From positions 230,950,001 through 231,014,000 of the forward strand of contig OZ024743.1 in NCBI GenBank assembly GCA_964016885.1: a stretch of DNA of 64,000 bases, in the 5' to 3' direction. The stretch is from Eledone cirrhosa (Eukaryota). Within the stretch, counting starts at the first letter, position 1. Each line of letters starts with the position of its first letter. Shown here one piece after another: positions 45,620 through 59,899 of the stretch. The notes beneath the pieces were generated by a model that did no database searches, was not told where the DNA came from, and was given only the letters and a program-made list of their open reading frames with translations. A program made the position numbers and the translations under genes.

Positions 45620-45678
45620 ATATCTCTCACTCTCTCTCCCTCTCTACTTTTCTTTCCCTCTTCTCCCTCCCTCTGTCC

Positions 45679-45754
<76 letters not shown>

Positions 45755-45978
45755 TTATATATATATATATATATTTGTGTGTATGTTAGTGTGAGTGTGT
45801 TTGGATTTGTGTGTGTCTGAATGCATGTCTGTGCGTATGTTGATTAATATATAGTGATATGTATGTACACCAATATATACATACATATATATATACATAT
45901 AGGTAGATAAATAGATAGATGATAGATACACATATATATAAATATACATTTATATACATTTATATGTAGGTATGTGTG

Positions 45979-46107
<129 letters not shown>

Positions 46108-46116
46108 ATACATGTC

Positions 46117-46168
<52 letters not shown>

Positions 46169-46513
46169 TTCTGACGAACAATAGTATGAGAGAGAGTTAC
46201 GTGTTGGTTGAGAACATTAGAAATAGAGAGATAAATAGATAAAGAAATAGATATATAGAATTAGACTCAGGGTAGTTTTTCTTGAAAACAGGAAACCTAA
46301 TCAACGTAGTGAGGAAAGAAGCACCTAAACTACCATTTCAAAGAATGCCTACATTTCCTGAAATTTAACTCTGTTACGTCCGGCCATTGGTTGCGATGAA
46401 AGGACCTTAATTCTCTTGTTTGTCTTGCACAAAATGCCTTTCTCCGATTGAAAAGGAATTTATATATATATATATATATATATAAATATGTGTGTGTGTG
46501 TATCTATGTATCT

Positions 46514-46600
<87 letters not shown>

Positions 46601-47439
46601 TTATATATATATATATACATGTATATATATATGAATATATATATATATATATATATTGATATATAGGGAGTTAGAGATTATTACACCTTAATAGATATAC
46701 ATATATTGATATAGACAGATACATACATACACACACATATATATACATGTGTGTGCATGTGTGTGCGTGCGGGCGTGTGTGTTTGTGCGTGTGTGTATGC
46801 GTATATGTGTGTCTGTGTGTATTTGCATGTAGGTAGTTACATACAAAACATATTGGGGATTTTGTGTTTGCTAATCTTAGAACAAAGCTAAAGGTCTAAC
46901 AACCAACTCTATGGTATTCCTGTTAGTTGGTTCCAACTTAGCTGTGGTGAGTTCGAACCTTCAAGAAATATAAGAAATTTGTATACGACTGTCTTAAACA
47001 AGAATATAGATGTATTTGTTCTGGCTTTTAGCTCTCTGAATTCAATTGCCCTCGATGTCTGCTTTGCCTTACGTCATTTTGTCCTAGGGCGACCGATCAA
47101 TAAATCCATGGACGTTTGAATAGTGCAATTGTTTTATATTAGGACCTACTTTTTTGCAATATATGAGCAATCTGTATGGTGTCTACAAGCAGTTGCAACC
47201 GGGAGATAGGATCAGAAATGGAAATCTAATTTCCTTGGTCCGATTTGTAGAGGAGCGCCATTCCTTTATTTAAAAAAAATATTAATCGACACAACGGAAC
47301 ATTTTCAGAAAACAAACAGCCATAAGTAAAGCGAGGGAGAATTAGAGAGACGGGGGCGGAGAGAAAAAGGAAAAAGAGAACGAATAAAATTGTGGTGATT
47401 TAGAGGCAAATACATATGTATAAATCATATGTTACTTTC

Positions 47440-47474
<35 letters not shown>

Positions 47475-47479
47475 GACAG

Positions 47480-47517
<38 letters not shown>

Positions 47518-48503
47518 TAAACCTTTGTTTCTACTGCCTCTCTGTTTTTGTTCCCGTTCCAGTTTTCACTATATATATATATTTATATATATATATACAC
47601 ATACATAATTGTGTATTAACATACAAAACTATACGCATATATTCGTAGACACACTAGTACAGATATTTCCACATACACTTAACGATATATAAACACTTCA
47701 AGTACATCTGACACACATACACACTCACACACGCACTTCTTCAGTACATCAAACAGTAATGTCCACTTCAACTTCACATAAATACACACATACACATGAG
47801 AACATAGTCCTACGCACATGCAAATAGAAACACAGAAGCAGACTCACTGAAACACAATCATATATAAATGTGCATAGGTTCACATACAGACACAATGAAA
47901 CACACACACACACAAACCAGAAGATGTGCATGTGAACCCTCTATCTCTTGCATAGACACATATGCACTCATGCAAACATATAAAGTTTCAAATAACATAG
48001 GCACATGAGTAACTAAATTTAACTTCATAGTCCAGCGATTCACAATGCATTTACTCACACAGATGAACACATCGCATAAGCACACAGAAATACATAATCA
48101 CACATAATTTCAAATATCATCTCCTCATAATTTCAAATATCATATACACATTTATACATAACAACCTCGTATCATACACATGCATACATGACATGCATCC
48201 AGACAAGGACATAATGCACTCATGCACACACCTACGTTCAACTATCGTGTGCATCATTTACAAATTTGCATATACGAACTCTATGATATATAATGGCAAC
48301 TAACATATACGTACGCCATATATACATAAACATATACATATGCGCACATATATCCTTTCAAAGGTGAGCATAGTACACACAACTATATACAAATATTCCA
48401 TATTATATAATTGTAATATATACACCACGTATGCCTGCATGGACATGTACAAATCTAGACAGGCACTTTCTCAAAACTCTTGTGCTACACACTCACACAC
48501 ACA

Positions 48504-48539
<36 letters not shown>

Positions 48540-48552
48540 TATATATATATAA

Positions 48553-48596
<44 letters not shown>

Positions 48597-48647
48597 GAAA
48601 AACAAGGGAAGAGGAATACTGCGTGGTTGCACATGGGTTACATATTA

Positions 48648-48725
48648 TAAAATTAGTTCCTCATCAGTGATTTGGTAACCATCATTCGTATTTCATCGCA
48701 TTAAAAATCAGATACCTCAGGTAGG
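48648..48725 (-). ncRNA. Candidate rearranged hammerhead ribozyme, copy 3 (diverged)
   Basis: gtat C tgattt ttaatgcgat GAAA tac..aaatca CTGATGA g. Stem I changed compensatorily (C-G to U-A) and the cleavage triplet is AUC. Confidence 0.6.
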
Positions 48726-48954
48726 TGCGATCAATAACTAAAATAAGCTATTGGGACAAGTGAATCGCGTAAAGCGAGTGAGACAAGTAAACAAGAAGAA
48801 GGACAAGCAAACCGAAGGTCGGAAAAACAGCAAGCAACATGATGGTTATGCGGTCAGCATAATCTGGGTGAATTTCATGAGCGGTCAGAAAAACAGACCG
48901 TACGCCGTGAATGAGGTGTGAAAAAGAAGGAACCCCACTACTAACGGAAATAAG

Positions 48955-50473
48955 GGAAAGAAAGATCTTCGCTAATGGTGTGGCCACCTCCATATTATAT
49001 GGTGGGTTATACCAACAAATGCGACGAGATCTATTTCTTCTAAGTCTATTTTCGTACTCTGTATATGCTACATTATCGACAAATCCACTTCGAGCAAGAG
49101 CTTCATTGTAATAAGTGGAATGGTCGTTGAAAATACGCTCGTTGGTGGACAGACGGGAAAGCCTCAACGAAACGTTTCTTACCAGGTTCTTGGTTATGCT
49201 GGAAGGATGGTTGGAATGCTTACTTATGTAATTAAGCGTATTATTCGGCTTTCTATACGGGTAATACAACCCATTCAATAAATTGAGGGTAACGTCAAGG
49301 TAATTAACGACCGAGAGATTGGCCTCAACCTGTATAGAGAGGTTGAAGCCTTTAAAGAAGGCTGTGAGTTCTTTTCTGAACCTGTCGCAAGCACGAGGTC
49401 CGCACTTAGTCATGGTTAAAAGACCATCGTCATGGTACAAACCACCGCTCGCGTTGGGGAATACGTCCTTGATAGGGAAAAGAAGGAAAAGGCTGATAAG
49501 ATCAGTAACCTCCGCAGAATCACTGGCGCCCATGCTCACGTCGAATGGGATACTATTGGATTTTTTGATCCAAATAGAGTCGTAGAAAATTAATCACCGA
49601 CTTTCGGGCATTGAGGATGACATCAACTTCGAAATCCTTAACCACTGTGAGTGTTTTAGCGAAATTGATAGCTCTAAGGAGAAGTGGTAAAGTGATGGAG
49701 GAGTAGTAATTGTTGATGTCGAATTGGATAAAACGGCAATGTTCCTTGTTACATATGCCGTTGAACCAATCAATCACCGCGAAAGAATTGTTCCACAGTG
49801 CAAGAGGGGCCAAACTTCTAATTTCAGGTATAATTCTATCAAGAATCGTTTTACTAAGTCTACCTAAATCGGACTTCGTAGGGTTAATAAGCCGAATAGA
49901 GGGGTTGTTCGGAAAATTGGATTTGTGATCCTTCAGGGTAAAGTGGGGAGAAATAGGGTCCAGAGGTTCGGTCCAATCCAGGATGTTGAGATCAGATGTG
50001 ATTTTAAACCCAGCATCGTTGATTTCATTGATGTCGCACCGATTAGTTTTACGGTAATCCTTAGTTACAGCATTATGTAGTAGTTGATGGTAAGTACTGC
50101 GCTCCACTTGATATAGGTTGCCAGTTTTGTCGGAATGGACGTACACGGCATTAGAATCCTTAATAGAACGAATTCTATTCTTCAGGTCTTGCTGGAAGGA
50201 ATTGCTCCTATTCCGAAATTTGATACTCCGAATGAGTGCCAAGACATCATTTTCGAAGGGTAGCAATGCTGGGTTACACGGGGGGTTATTATAGGTTTTA
50301 AATCCAAATATATCCTGTTTGTTGTCTGCTTTTCGCGGGTTATCGAAATAAAAGGCACGCCAACGCAACCTTTTAATGAACGCGTCTGTTTTCTGTATCA
50401 GTCGTTTTAGGTATGTTTTCCTGCTTGGTACGGGTATGTTCTTTGTAGAAATATTCAGATGTTGTTTCTGCAT
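48955..50473 (-). pseudogene. PLE-C RT ORF, frameshifted and lacking the endonuclease
   Basis: ISTKNIPVP..FIKRLRWRAFY, SDKTGNLY, FDINNYY, SMGASDS, LYHDDG, WYNPPY. Frameshift near 49580. Homology to PLE-A stops at about 48955. Confidence 0.92.
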
Positions 50474-50599
50474 GATGAATATAAGTCAGTAGAGTGCCCA
50501 ACCGAGGGAGCCAGTTAGTTATACCCTAATGGATAGTACGATCTATACGTGGATATTTTACGTCTTGATGTGGGAGCTAATTATATGTTTTATTTAACC

Positions 50600-51660
50600 A
50601 TTACATATTTGCATAGGTTAGTATATATTACCCGTATGTTTCGTGAAGATACGTATACCTTCTCGTACGTATATTTGATTGTTTATGTTATGGCGTAACA
50701 TTTTTTTTTTTATTTTTTTTTTTTATTCTGGTACATATGGTTTTGGCTATGTGTATACGGGAGTTTTGCGTCTGTGTGAGTATGCTGGTTCGTACGTATT
50801 TACGGTGTGTGTATATGTGTACTTCATGTTTTTGTTGACTTACGTCTCCGAACATTCGTGTATTTACATGTATGTATGTGTGTGCGCTTGTTATATACGT
50901 ATTTATTTATTTATATACGTTTATATATTTATTTATTTATTTATTTGTATGCACGCATACACACACACACACATATATATATATATGTGCGTGGTTTTGT
51001 ATACCTATGGTAAGTGTTTTGCGTATGCTTGTGTATGTACGTATTTGTTTGCGTGTATGTATTTATTTATTTCTATTATTTCTGTATTGTATTTATTTAC
51101 TTTGTTCTTAACACTGTAGCGGAGATTCATTTGGTCTCCTAGTTAGAATTTTAGTCTACGACTTCTGCTATACCATTTACATGGTTTTGTCTTTGCGTGC
51201 TATTGTTCTCCACGTTCCACATATGACGTATTACCTTCGTTTTTTTCGTTCATTGCCAGAGAACGTCTCTATGAACCACCTAAGAGAACAATAGTCTACG
51301 ACCTCTTTTATACCATAAATGTGGTTCTGTCTGCGCAAAATTGTTTTTCACCGCTCCTATTAATGACGTATCTTATTCGTTTTTCCCCGTTCTTTGCCAG
51401 CGAACGTTTCCACGAACCAAAGTATCGTCTTCCTGTCTTCCTCCGGTTGCAACGTTTTTTGAAATATCCAGTTCTGCGTTTACAGATTGACTTTGTTAGT
51501 TTCAGAAGATTCCGTTAAGGGTGAAAGCAGCGATTCTTTGCTTAAACTTTAATCTGTTATTTTAATAAATATTTGCTCTACGATTCTTATATATTTGATA
51601 TATATTTATCCTTATCGAGCCCTCTTTGGATTTTAGTCTTCAAATTTATTATTATTACTA
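50600..51660 (+). mobile_element. PLE-like 3' region, inverted relative to PLE-C, with ~140-bp internal duplication
   Basis: TG/TA-rich tract, then diverged direct repeats 51152-51278 and 51292-51419, then an HHR and tail shared with 563-810. Confidence 0.55.
51482..51557 (+). ncRNA. Type I hammerhead ribozyme, variant core CAGAAGA (second copy)
   Basis: As 634-709. The stem II change C-G to U-G keeps pairing. Confidence 0.65.
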
Positions 51661-51723
51661 TATATATATATATATATATATACTTAATGTGTATGGAATT
51701 GATATGTTATCGTACATATACAT

Positions 51724-51801
<78 letters not shown>

Positions 51802-51846
51802 ATGCATATATACGATATACGATAACATATCAATTCCATACCCATT

Positions 51847-52210
51847 GGTAGGGTCGGATGCCATGCTTTGACGCAAATAGTTACGGCCCTTGCCATTCTG
51901 AGATCAATTTCCACCGAGTTTAACTTTGACTTTCATCTTTACGGGGCCGATAAAATAAAAGTACCAGTAATGCACTGGTAAATTGCTGGTCTTGTGCCAA
52001 AAGTAGAAACAACTATAAGGGGCGTGGATTGGCAGTATCGGTAGAGGGTCGGACGCCATGCTTTGACGCAAATAGTTAGGGCTCTTGCCATTCTGAGTTC
52101 AAATCCCGCCGAGGTTAACTTTGCCTTTCATGCTTACGGGGTCGATAAAATAAAATTACCAGTAATGCACTGTGTAATTGCTGGCCTTGTGCCAAAAGTA
52201 GAAACAATTA
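51847..52210 (+). mobile_element. Two tandem S1 SINE copies
   Basis: Units at 51847-52014 and 52021-52210. The second has A-box tggcagtatcgg and B-box gagttcaaatcc. Confidence 0.8.
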
Positions 52211-52856
52211 TATTACGTCTCACACACACATAATCTTAGCAATAGTATTATCATTTACATACACACAGACACATACAAGCAAATTAAATAAACACAGAAA
52301 CATAAATAGTTGTACATGTGTATACACATGCTAACACTTGTACATCAACCACACGCATGCATCCGCAAAACAAACCCATATTTATATAGAAAAATGATTC
52401 CTACATACACATATAAATATTATAGATTATCCACGTTACAAATTTATACACACCCAGAGAGACACATATACTATCTCAACACAAACACACACATACGACC
52501 AATTACACAGCTGTGTCTACATTCACTACACAACAAGATTAATCCTCCACCGTTTTTGGCTATGATCATTAAATTATTCAATGTGGTGAACATCCATTTC
52601 GTTAATTAACGTGTTAGTGGTTAAATATTACACAGACACGTGTACCATTTAACGTATTCTAAAGTGATTTAACATGATTCTACATGACGATCCATCCAAA
52701 GGGCTTATACATAGTTTCCGTCTAACCACTTTCATAGTTTAATCGAGGTTATTGTAAAGACACTTCTCAAAGATGCCACGCAGTGGGTTTGAAATCAAGG
52801 TCTAATGATTTCAAAGGAAACTTCTTAACTACTCACACATCAAAACAATATTATCT

Positions 52857-53066
52857 GGTGAATTGGCAGTATCGGTAGAGCGTCAGACACCATGCTTTGC
52901 AGCACATAGTTTACGGCCCTTTGCAGTCTCAGTTCAAACCCCGCCGAGGTTAACTTTCCCTTTCATCCTTACGGGGTCGATAAAATAAAGTACCACTAAC
53001 GTACTGGGATCGATTTAATCGACTTTCCCTCCCTCCAAATGACTGGCCTATACTAGAAATCAATAT
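52857..53066 (+). mobile_element. S1 SINE, near full length
   Basis: ggtgaattggcagtatcggtagag..agttcaaaccc..ctttcatccttacggggtcgataaaataaagtacc. Confidence 0.75.
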
Positions 53067-53989
53067 TATCTGCTTTCACAACACATCAGGCACGACTACA
53101 CAGTATATATCATCAGCTCTACACTATTCCTCACGTTTCCATGCTACACCACCAATGTACAATTACACAACACTCCACACCTTACTATTCACAACCCCAG
53201 ACCACGCCGCCATTGCATAACTGAACAACATTACGTGCCCCCACTACTCCGATCCACGTCTCAATTGCACAACTACCCAATATTACTCGCTTCACTACTC
53301 ACACGAGCCCCCCACGCAGCCACAGTACGACTACACAAGACTTCAAACACTACTATCACTCGGCCACTCCAGGCCTCCATTGCAACAACTACACAACACT
53401 ATGCCGCCTCTCCACAAATCCACTGCACAACTATACACCACTACACTCACCTCCAAACATCAATTGCTGAACAACACACCACTACACACCATTTCTCACG
53501 CCTACATATATCTACTGTACAACTACACGCCATTAATAACACCACTTCTTACACCTCCACTCCAAACCTCCACTCCACACCTCCACTCCACACTTCCACT
53601 CCACACCTCCACTTCACACCACCACTCCACACCGCCACTCAACACCTCAACTCCACATCTCCACTCCACAACTCCACACTTAATATCCACCACCACCTCT
53701 CCACAACTACACATCTACTCCACTCCTCTACTCCATACTTCCAATCCACACCTCTACTCCACACTTCCACTCCACACCTTAACTCTATATATCCACCCCA
53801 CCACTTCAGGACTACACACACTACACACACACCAGACATGTCTAACTGTAGCCTTAAGTACATTCATCTTGTCTCATCTATTGTTGGCCCGGACAACTTG
53901 CTTTTGCCGGGTTTCTCCCATCCCTTTCATCTTTTGACATGCTTCTTGTTTTGTTGTTGTAGCTATTGTTGTTGTTTTTGTTGTTCCTT

Positions 53990-55290
53990 GTGGTGATGGT
54001 GGTGGTGGCTGCGTTACTGGTACTGGCATGTTTGTTGTTTTTGTTGTTGTTGTTGCTGGTGGCGGCGGTGGTGGTGATGGTGGTGGTGGTGGCGTTGCTG
54101 GTAATGGCATGATTGTTGTTTTTGTTGTTGTTGTTGCTGGTGGTGGGGGTGGTGGTTGTAGTGGTGGTGGTGGTGGCGTTGCTGGTAATGGCATGATTGT
54201 TGTTTTTATTTTTGTTATTGCTGGTGGTGGCGGTGGTGGTCGTAGTGGTGGTGGTGGTGGCGTTGCTGGTATTGGCATGATTGTTGTTTTTGTTGCTGTT
54301 GTTGCTGGCGGTGGCGGTGGTGGTGTTGATGGTGGCGGTGGTGGCGTTGCTGGTACTGGCATGATTGTTGTTTTTTGTTGTTGTTGTTGCTGGTGGGGGC
54401 GGTAGTGGTGATGGTGGTGGTGGTGGCGTTGCTGGTACTGGCATGATTGTTGTTTTTGTTGCTGTTGTTGCTGGCGGTGGCGGTGGTGGTGGTGATGGTG
54501 GCGGTGGTGGCGTTGCTGGTACTGGCATGATTGTTGTTTTTGTTGTTGTTGTTGCTGGTGGTGGCGGTGGTGGTTGTAGTGGTGGCGGTGGTGGCGTTGC
54601 TGGTGTTGGCATGATTGTTGTTTTTGTTGTTGTTGTTGCTGGTGGGGGCGGTAGTGGTGATGGTGGTGGTGGTGGCATTGCTGGTACTGGCATGATTGTT
54701 GTGTTTGTTGCTGTTGTTGCTGGCGGTGGCGGTGGTGGTGGTGATGGTGGCGGTGGTGGCGTTGCTGGTACTGGCATGATTGTTGTTTTTGTTGTTGTTG
54801 TTGCTGGTGGTGGCGGTGGTGGTTGTAGTGGTGGCGGTGGTGGCGTTGCTGGTGTTGGCATGATTGTTGTTTTTGTTGTTGTTGTTGCTGGTGGGGGCGG
54901 TAGTGGTGATGGTGGTGGTGGTGGCGTTGCTGGTACTGGCATGATTGTTGTGTTTGTTGCTGTTGTTGCTGGCGGTGGCGGTGGTGGTGGTGATGGTGGT
55001 GGTGGTGGCGTTGCTGGTACTGGCATGATTGTTGTTTTTGTTGTTGTTGTTGCTGGTGGGGGCGGTAGTGGTGATGGTGGTGGTGGTGGCGTTGCTGGTA
55101 CTGGCATGATTGTTGTTTTTGTTGTTGTTGTTGCTGGTGGGGGCGGTAGTGGTGATGGTGGTGGTGGTGGCGTTGCTGGTACTGGCATGATTGTTGTTTT
55201 TGTTGTTGTTGTTGCTGGTGGGGGCGGTAGTGGTGATGGTGGTGGTGGTGTCGTTGCTGGTACTGGCATGAATATTGTTGTTTTTGTGGT
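53990..55290. repeat. GGT/GTT-based minisatellite, 81/84-bp units, about 16 copies
   Basis: The ggcatg marker recurs every 81 or 84 bp from 54025 to 55265 (one 82-bp unit). Higher-order period 249 bp. Confidence 0.92.
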
Positions 55291-55589
55291 AAGGTTTGTT
55301 GCTGTTGTTGTCATCATCGTTGTTGTTGTTGTGGTGGTGGTGGTGGTGATCCTGGCTGTTGCAGTCGATGTAGTTGTTGTTGTTGGTGATGGTGTTGTTG
55401 TTGCTGTTGTTGTTGTTGGTGGTGGTGGTGGTAATGTTAGTGGGGCGCTAATGGTGGTGGTGGTGGTGTGGATGTCGTCATCAATGCTAGAGCTGATGCA
55501 AGCATTACTGTTGTAGCTGTTGCCGTTGTTATTGTTGTTCATTTTGTAGCGATAATGTCGGCAATAGGTATCATTATTGGTGAGGTAAT

Positions 55590-55790
55590 ATTTGCATTGA
55601 CAGTATCGTTAGAGCGCGGACAACACGCTTTATGGCATAGAGTTATTGCCATTTACGTTTGAGTTCAAATCCCATAGAGGTTAGCATTGCATTTCATCTT
55701 TTCGTACCAGTAATGCACCGGGGTCAATTTAATCAATTTTCCCCTCCCACAGAATTTTTGGTTTAGCGCTTAAATCAGAAACCAATATTG
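55590..55790 (+). mobile_element. Diverged S1-like SINE
   Basis: ttgacagtatcgttagag..tgagttcaaatccc..gaggttagc.ttgc.tttcatc. Confidence 0.55.
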
Positions 55791-56039
55791 GCTGTTGTTG
55801 TTGTTGTTGTTGATGTTGTGATAATACTGGTTGTTTTTGTATACTTTGTTGTTGTTTGTGTTGTGACAATGTTGACTTTATTCCTGTTATTGTTGCTTTT
55901 GGTTTGGTAAATTGGTTGTTGTTGATTTTGTTGTTGTTGTTTTGTGTGTTTGGTGCAGATTTTTACCGTGTGTGTCTGTAGTAGCACTGGTTGTTGTATT
56001 TGTGGATATTGCTGGAGTTTTTGTAGTAGTGGTATTGCT

Positions 56040-56680
56040 AGTTGTTAATGGTGTTGGTGGTGGTGTTGCTGTGTTCTATTGTGTTGCTTTTGTTGTTAGT
56101 TATGGAATGATTGTTGTTGTGGTATTACTGGATGTTGCTGTTGTTGGTTGTGATGTTGTTGGTGTTTTATTGTATTGCTTTTGATGTTGGTTTTGGTATG
56201 ATTGTTGTGATATTACTGGATGTTGTTGTTGCTGTTTATTATGTTGCTTTTGTTGTTAGTTATGCTATGATTGTTGTTGTTGATATATTACTGGATGTTG
56301 CTGTTGTTGGTTGTGATGTTGTTGGTGTTTTATTGTATTGCTTTTGAAGTTGGTTTGGTATGATTGTTGTGATATTACTGGATGTTGCTGTTGCTGGTGG
56401 TGGTGTTGTTGTTGCTGTTTATTATGCTGCCTTTGTTGTTAGTTATGCTATGATTTTTGTTGTTGATATATTACTGGATGTTGCTGTTGTTGGTTGTGAT
56501 GTTGGTGTTTTCTATTACTATTGTTGTTGCATTTAATACGATTCTTCTTCTTGTGGTATTACTGGCTGTTGTTGTTGTTGGTTGTGATTGTTTTATTGTG
56601 TTGCTTTTGTTGTTAGTTATCATATGATTATTGCTGTGGTATTACTGGCTGTTGTTGTTGTTGATTGTGATGTTGTTCAG
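56040..56680. repeat. Diverged GTT-rich minisatellite
   Basis: tattactgg(a/c)tgttg recurs about 7 times with an alternating two-subunit pattern. Confidence 0.75.
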
Positions 56681-56939
56681 TGGATATTTAAGAACGATTA
56701 GTAATCATTTTCGATGAACACATCATTGATGAGATGTGTCCTATCTTTCTAATTATGAATTTCATATAATTCTTAATTTAAATGAACATATTGACATGTA
56801 ATATGTTTTGTGAGTGTATGGGTGTATGTGCGCATGCAGGCGTATGTCTCTGTGCACGTATGTATGTGCTTGTACGCATACATACGTGAATACATACATA
56901 AATATCATTACTATTTTAAATGATATATATATAACGATG

Positions 56940-57080
56940 GAGTTGTGTTAAGGAACCAGATGGACCATAACGCAACAGAGTAGTCTATACTTAGGGTAGT
57001 AGAGTGGGTAATAGGATAAGTATGACCCCGACGCAGAGGTCAAGCCGTTTCGACGGCTATTTCTGGACTACATGAAACTC
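56940..57080 (-). mobile_element. PLE pLTR-like remnant (family of 5912-6300), truncated within the HHR
   Basis: Shares aaggaaccag.tggaccataa..cttagggtagtag and gaccccgacg..gccgtttcgacggctat. Confidence 0.55.
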
Positions 57081-57224
57081 TTTTAACCATCTTTTGATCT
57101 TATATATTATGTATACACCAGTCCTACAAACTGTAGAGTGCTTCTTATCCGATATCTGCATTGCTTTATTGTACTACAATAAAACTCACCTCCTACATAT
57201 ATATACATATATATATATATATGT

Positions 57225-57257
<33 letters not shown>

Positions 57258-57260
<3 letters not shown>

Positions 57261-57560
57261 TAGCGAGGTTTTTTATATGAAATCGTGTGTCGAAACAGAT
57301 ATTGTTATACTTGGGGAGGGTCATATTTGCGTAATATTGCCAGAATTAATAACAGAACACACTCACTATTTGGTATTTATATATATATATATATATATAT
57401 TTCGTTTCTGAATTTGTTTAGCAAGATTCTTTATCTGAAATCGTGTGTTGAAACCGATATTGTTATACTTTGGGAGGGTCATGTTGCCAATAAGAAACAC
57501 ACGACCATTGGTGCGTGTGTTTCTTATTGGCAACATGACCCTCCCAAAGTATAACAATAT
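57258..57560. mobile_element. Remnants of the 44501 family: diverged copy, then tail plus short fold-back (57457-57560)
   Basis: 57400-57503 is near-identical to 44502-44606. Hairpin arms of about 47 bp. Confidence 0.8.
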
Positions 57561-57566
57561 ATATAT

Positions 57567-57729
<163 letters not shown>

Positions 57730-57730
57730 G

Positions 57731-57809
<79 letters not shown>

Positions 57810-58169
57810 CGAAGACAGGCATACTTGATACACATAGAGGAAGACAGGCGCAGGTTCTTTTAAATATATAGATTCCATATTTACACGTACCAATATGGAA
57901 TGTCCAAGAGTTTAATAGGTGAACGTTATGCTACGTGATATCATTTGTCTAAACTCCTAAACATAAATTTGTGTTGGATACAAAACTCTAACAGTGTGTG
58001 CCTCTCTATAATACCCCCCACATCTTTCATTCAAGTCCTTCTATTACTGACTCCACCTCTTTCTCTTGTTTCTTCACAGTTATGTGTGTGTCTATATATG
58101 TGTATATATATATATATGTATGTATATATATATATATATCTATGTAAATATATATATATATATACACAC

Positions 58170-58295
<126 letters not shown>

Positions 58296-58296
58296 G

Positions 58297-58346
<50 letters not shown>

Positions 58347-58418
58347 TAGATATATATATATGTATATATATATATATGTATATACAAGTATATATATGTA
58401 TGTATAAGTACATGCATA

Positions 58419-58454
<36 letters not shown>

Positions 58455-58472
58455 TATATACATATATGTATA

Positions 58473-58507
<35 letters not shown>

Positions 58508-58719
58508 TTTTCCTAACTTCCTTCCAATCTACGTATATATGTAATTACATGGGAGTATATATGTCGATACTTTCCTCTCTATATGAATGCCTAACCCTGA
58601 TCGCTCTTTTAAAAACGCCCATGTACTCTTATGTTACTCCCTCTCTCTTTCTGTCTCCATATCTATATATATACACACACACACAGACACACACACACAC
58701 AGAAACACACAGACACACT

Positions 58720-58766
<47 letters not shown>

Positions 58767-59348
58767 CTCTCGGTGTGTATGCATGTGAGAGCAAAGTTGC
58801 GTAGGTAGAGAAGAAAGATACATATAAATGGAGGAAGGGGGATAGAATGAAAGTAATGGAGTGAAAATGAAAGCGCAACTGAAGGGGTTTGGGAGTTTAT
58901 GAAATGCTTAGTCTGTACAAAATAGCATAAAGAATGTATCCTTTACCCCCCCTCCCCCCCAATGCTTTCTTGAAACACACTTCACCGCCTCCCTGCTACA
59001 TACATGGAAAACCAGCATTTATAAACCACTCATGTTTACAACCGTCCGCAGAATCTAGAATCTAAAACGAAAGTTTTGCGCTAACCCACACCATCCCCCA
59101 ACACTAGCTTCTACTTGACGGTGTTATAGACTACTTCTCACATACAATCATACACCACACACACATCAGATACACACCACACACACCACATACACCATAC
59201 ACACCGCCTTTCCTTACCTTTCGCCTACTCTAAAATACTTTCTTTTCTTAACCATTACCTTAGCCCCTTTCTCCTACTTCGCCCACTCTAATTACCCTCT
59301 CTTTCCCATTCGTTTACTCTACCCGTTCTCGCTCTCTTACCCACATAC

Positions 59349-59457
<109 letters not shown>

Positions 59458-59582
59458 AATCTATCGTCGTAAAAATGTATAGCGAGTGCGGTTACATGGT
59501 TAACTGGTTAGTAGATTGAACTCATTCCACTCCACTCCGATATCTCACTTTTTCCTTTTCTGTCAATACATCTCTCTCTCTC

Positions 59583-59677
<95 letters not shown>

Positions 59678-59804
59678 ATCTCTCTCTTTCCCTCTCTCCC
59701 TCCCTCTCTCTGTCACTACATCTCTATTTCTCTCTCTCACTCTCTCTATCTATGTCTCCCTCTAACTATCTCTCTCTTATATGTATATGTATATATATAT
59801 ATAT

Positions 59805-59894
<90 letters not shown>

Positions 59895-59899
59895 AAAGG

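Noticed and set aside
52021-52110. tRNA genes at A-box/B-box sites
   Set aside because: No cloverleaf. Each continues into the same SINE body.
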